DNA of 64,000 nt, taken from assembly GCF_009834535.1 (NCBI RefSeq), contig NC_045711.1, positions 23,002,001 to 23,066,000 of the forward strand. Reading direction: 5' to 3'. This DNA is from Camelus ferus. Taxonomy: Eukaryota. The notes under the pieces are model-generated. The model had not been told where the DNA came from. It worked only from the letters and a program-made list of their open reading frames with translations, and searched no databases. Shown piece after piece: positions 60,924-64,000 of the stretch. The translations under genes were made by a program, and so were the position numbers. Position 1 is the first letter of the stretch; each line of letters opens with the position of its first letter.

Positions 60924-63502
60924 GAGATTCAACAAAGCGTTGTACTTTTGAAAGCAACTTTCGGTGCGTGTTCTTCGACAATCACATTCTATGAGGAGAA
61001 ACATTAAAAGCCACAAACTTGTTTTTTTTTTTTTTAATCTCAGAGTTACAGACATCTTTAATTCAAAATAAAAGGTCAAAAAAAAAAAAAAACCCCAACA
61101 AAAAACAAAAACAAACAAAACAAACTCTTTACTTCCATCCCCAATTTAAAAATGTCAGGAGGTCTCTACGACTCGACGCTAACGCAGCAGGGAAGCTGTA
61201 CGTCTGGGCCACGCGCGTGTGTCTGATGCGGGTGCACGGGGGCGTGTGCATCCAGCACACAGGGCACGTGTAATGGCAATGAGATGCAGTTACTCTGAGG
61301 AAGGTCTTCTTAGCGAAATACACTACTGAACTTGAGAAAAAGTCTTGAACCAGTTTGTGCATAGTTCGTGATCCTCTATAAAACCAGCTTTTGTTGANNN
61401 NNNNNNNNNNNNNNNNNNNNNNNNNNNNNNNNNNNNNNNNNNNNNNNNNNNNNNNNNNNNNNNNNNNNNNNNNNNNNNNNNNNNNNNNNNNNNNNNNNNN
61501 NNNNNNNNNNNNNNNNNNNNNNNNNNNNNNNNNNNNNNNNNNNNNNNNNNNNNNNNNNNNNNNNNNNNNNNNNNNNATACTTGAGGGTATGTTACTCCAT
61601 TGTCTTTCTTTCTTGCCAAACAATCAAAACATTGATCATTTTTAAAACATAAAGCGATTTTTAATATATAAAGCACTCTTCGAACATCTATCTCCTTTGA
61701 GTCCATTATTTGGTACATACGTAACTGCTACACGTTAGAGATTAGGTATCTTTCTTCTTTGTGTTTTTTTTTTTCTATTTTCTTTTTTTTTCTTTCTTTT
61801 TTATTTTTGTTTGTTTTTTAATAACATCTTCAGTGCTAGGAGTTGGGTTACAAAATACATGAAATGGTGTGGAGCCGCCCCTCGGGAACCCTGGCTTTCC
61901 TGAGAGCGCACCCGCGTGTGCAAGACAGTGACCACAACTCGTCACCTCGAAGAAGGGACAGTCGACAGAGTCCATGACGATGGCCGAGGGGAAACAACAC
62001 TGTTCAATCCCAGAGCTCTGAAGTAGCGGGTCTGCATTCTGAAAATAGTTTTCTTTACGACGGAAGTCTTTTTTTTTTTTAATTCCTTTTTAAAATTTTT
62101 TTAAAGTCTGAAGGAGAAAAAAAAGGTCTGTAAACAGGTGGGAGCCCTAACCCCGGGCCCCTCCGAAGCAGTCACAACCCACGTCCAAGTGCTTGTCTCC
62201 GCTCCTCCCGCGGAACCATCCATCCTCTACAAGCAAGTATCTATGGCCACAGNNNNNNNNNNNNNNNNNNNNNNNNNNNNNNNNNNNNNNNNNNNNNNNN
62301 NNNNNNNNNNNNNNNNNNNNNNNNNNNNNNNNNNNNNNNNNNNNNNNNNNNNNNNNNNNNNNNNNNNNNNNNNNNNNNNNNNNNNNNNNNNNNNNNNNNN
62401 NNNNNNNNAATAACAGAGTCCTTGAGTAAACATTTACACATGAATTGTCACCGGCCCTGTCCTATGAATTTTCTTTAATGTATAGGATTAGCTAAAGGAA
62501 GGGCAGGGACACTCAGTGCAAAGTTAGAAGCTAATTAATAATAACAAACGTTTGACCAATGCGCCAAAAAAAAAAAAAAGCGCACATACTGAAAAAAGGG
62601 AAAACCCACAGTTAAATCCTTCACGCACTTAACACACGAACACAGAAAGTGTGCACGTACACGCACGTGCACANNNNNNNNNNNNNNNNNNNNNNNNNNN
62701 NNNNNNNNNNNNNNNNNNNNNNNNNNNNNNNNNNNNNNNNNNNNNNNNNNNNNNNNNNNNNNNNNNNNNNNNNNNNNNNNNNNNNNNNNNNNNNNNNNNN
62801 NNNNNNNNNNNNCANNNNNNNNNNNNNNNNNNNNNNNNNNNNNNNNNNNNNNNNNNNNNNNNNNNNNNNNNNNNNNNNNNNNNNNNNNNNNNNNNNNNNN
62901 NNNNNNNNNNNNNNNNNNNNNNNNNNNNNNNNNNNNNNNNNNNNNNNCATAGGCGGCTCCGTGGGAACGGAGAACAGATCGCAGCCCGCTCCTTCCGCTC
63001 GGCTCCTGGTCCGGGCCGCCGGGACCGCACCCAGGGGTGGGCGCCAGCTCCCCCCTGATTACGGGGTCCGCCTCTGGTAATGTGCATAATCGTCACAGGC
63101 TCGTTTTAAATAGGCTTTCTCGTCTCCCTCCCGCCCTCCCCCCTTGATAAAATAACCCTTTCCAGCCCACAATCTGAAAAGTGCCCTTCATGATAGAACT
63201 ATTCTAAGCAGCTTTTATACTTAAAAAATCAAAATGACAACACACCGTACAAACATAGGACGACACAAAATAAAAAGCTGTGAGAAGCATCCTGTCATTC
63301 CACGTGACACTGACCCCGCGCAGCCCGCACTGTCTCGGGAACAGTTCGCAAGGGCTGCGGCCAAGGTTCGTCTGCAGTACTGGACAGAGGTACTCGAAAG
63401 GGCTGCCGGGCTGCTCGGGGCAAGCGGGTCCTCAGCGACGCCGGACTGGAAAGGGTCAGCTCCCCCCCAGTGCTGACGATGGGGGTGCCCGGGGTCCTGG
63501 GG

Positions 63503-63863
63503 CTAGAGGGACTCCCCGCTGAGCAGGTCGCCGGGGAGCAGCGTGTTCAGAGGGGTGGGGCTTCCGATGACTCTGCCGTCGTCGCTGCTGGGGGGGCCCC
63601 ACAGGCTGCTTGAGTACTGGGGGACCCCGCCCCACAGCAGGTCGCCGCTCCCTTTGCCGGCCAGGCACGGGGGGTTCCAGTGGCCGGCGTCGCTCCGCAC
63701 TAGGCCGTGGGAGCTGCCCGAGGCGCCCAGCCGCGGCTGGCCAGCCCCGCTGCTGGACTGCCAGCTGGAGGTGGGTGGCAGCGCCTGGCCCTGGGCCAGG
63801 AAGCGGTTCACTTCTTCCTCGCCAGCGAACTCGGCCAAGATGGTAGTGTTTCCCAGGACACAC
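63503..63863 (-). CDS. TNRC6C: TNRC6C (GW182 family) last coding exon: C-terminal end of the RRM and the C-terminal silencing region
   Basis: CVLGNTTILAEFAGEEEVNRFLAQGQALPPTSSWQS...LPGDLLSGESL*, with a CCCCTGCAG acceptor in phase 2. Confidence 0.95.
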
Positions 63864-63880
63864 CTGCAGGGGCAGGGCAG

Positions 63881-64000
63881 CAACGAAAGTGAGAGCTGGG
63901 TTTTTGAAAAGATGAACAAAATCGACAAACCTTTAGCTAGACTAACTCAGAAAACAAGAAGACACAAATAAGTAAAGGCAGAAATGGAAAGAGGAGACAT
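63881..64000 (+). mobile_element. LINE-1 ORF2 fragment in the last intron of TNRC6C (antisense to the gene)
   Basis: Translates as NESESWVFEKMNKIDKPLARLTQKTRR, matching the recalled L1 ORF2 segment KSWFFEKINKIDKPLARL. Confidence 0.85.

Noticed and set aside
61129-63096. ORFs spanning the gaps in the TNRC6C 3'UTR
   Set aside because: They are artefacts of N runs translated as X.
63543-63971. 142-aa + strand ORF ending in an L1-like peptide
   Set aside because: It is a chance fusion of the TNRC6C antisense frame with an L1 fragment, with no start context or splice support.

Overview
Mammalian genomic DNA, GC-rich, with five N-gaps. A tRNA-derived SINE of the Vic-1 type suggests a camelid. The gene order matches human 17q25.3 in reverse orientation: AFMID exon 1 (-), TK1 (+, 7 exons, 238 aa), SYNGR2 (-, exon 1 mostly in a gap), C17orf99/IL-40 (-), TMC8/EVER2 (-, 15 coding exons, 723 aa), TMC6/EVER1 (+, 20 coding exons, 812 aa) and the last exon plus 3'UTR of TNRC6C (-). 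Exon structures were rebuilt by hand from GT-AG boundaries and codon phase. Gene and repeat-family names come from my recollection of orthologues and consensus sequences, not from a database search. I see no prokaryote-style novel system. The strongest oddity is C17orf99: its Ig-domain-1 exon has no usable splice donor and has lost its canonical Cys, while exons 1, 2, 4 and 5 are intact and join in frame if exon 3 is skipped. That predicts a single-Ig IL-40 with a hydrophobic C-tail. Other points: a TMC6 intron I recall being absent in human, paired GTCATGTGAC (CLEAR/M-box-like) motifs at the TMC6/TMC8 promoters, an L1-derived branch-point candidate for TNRC6C, and a long-TIR element with a nested L1.
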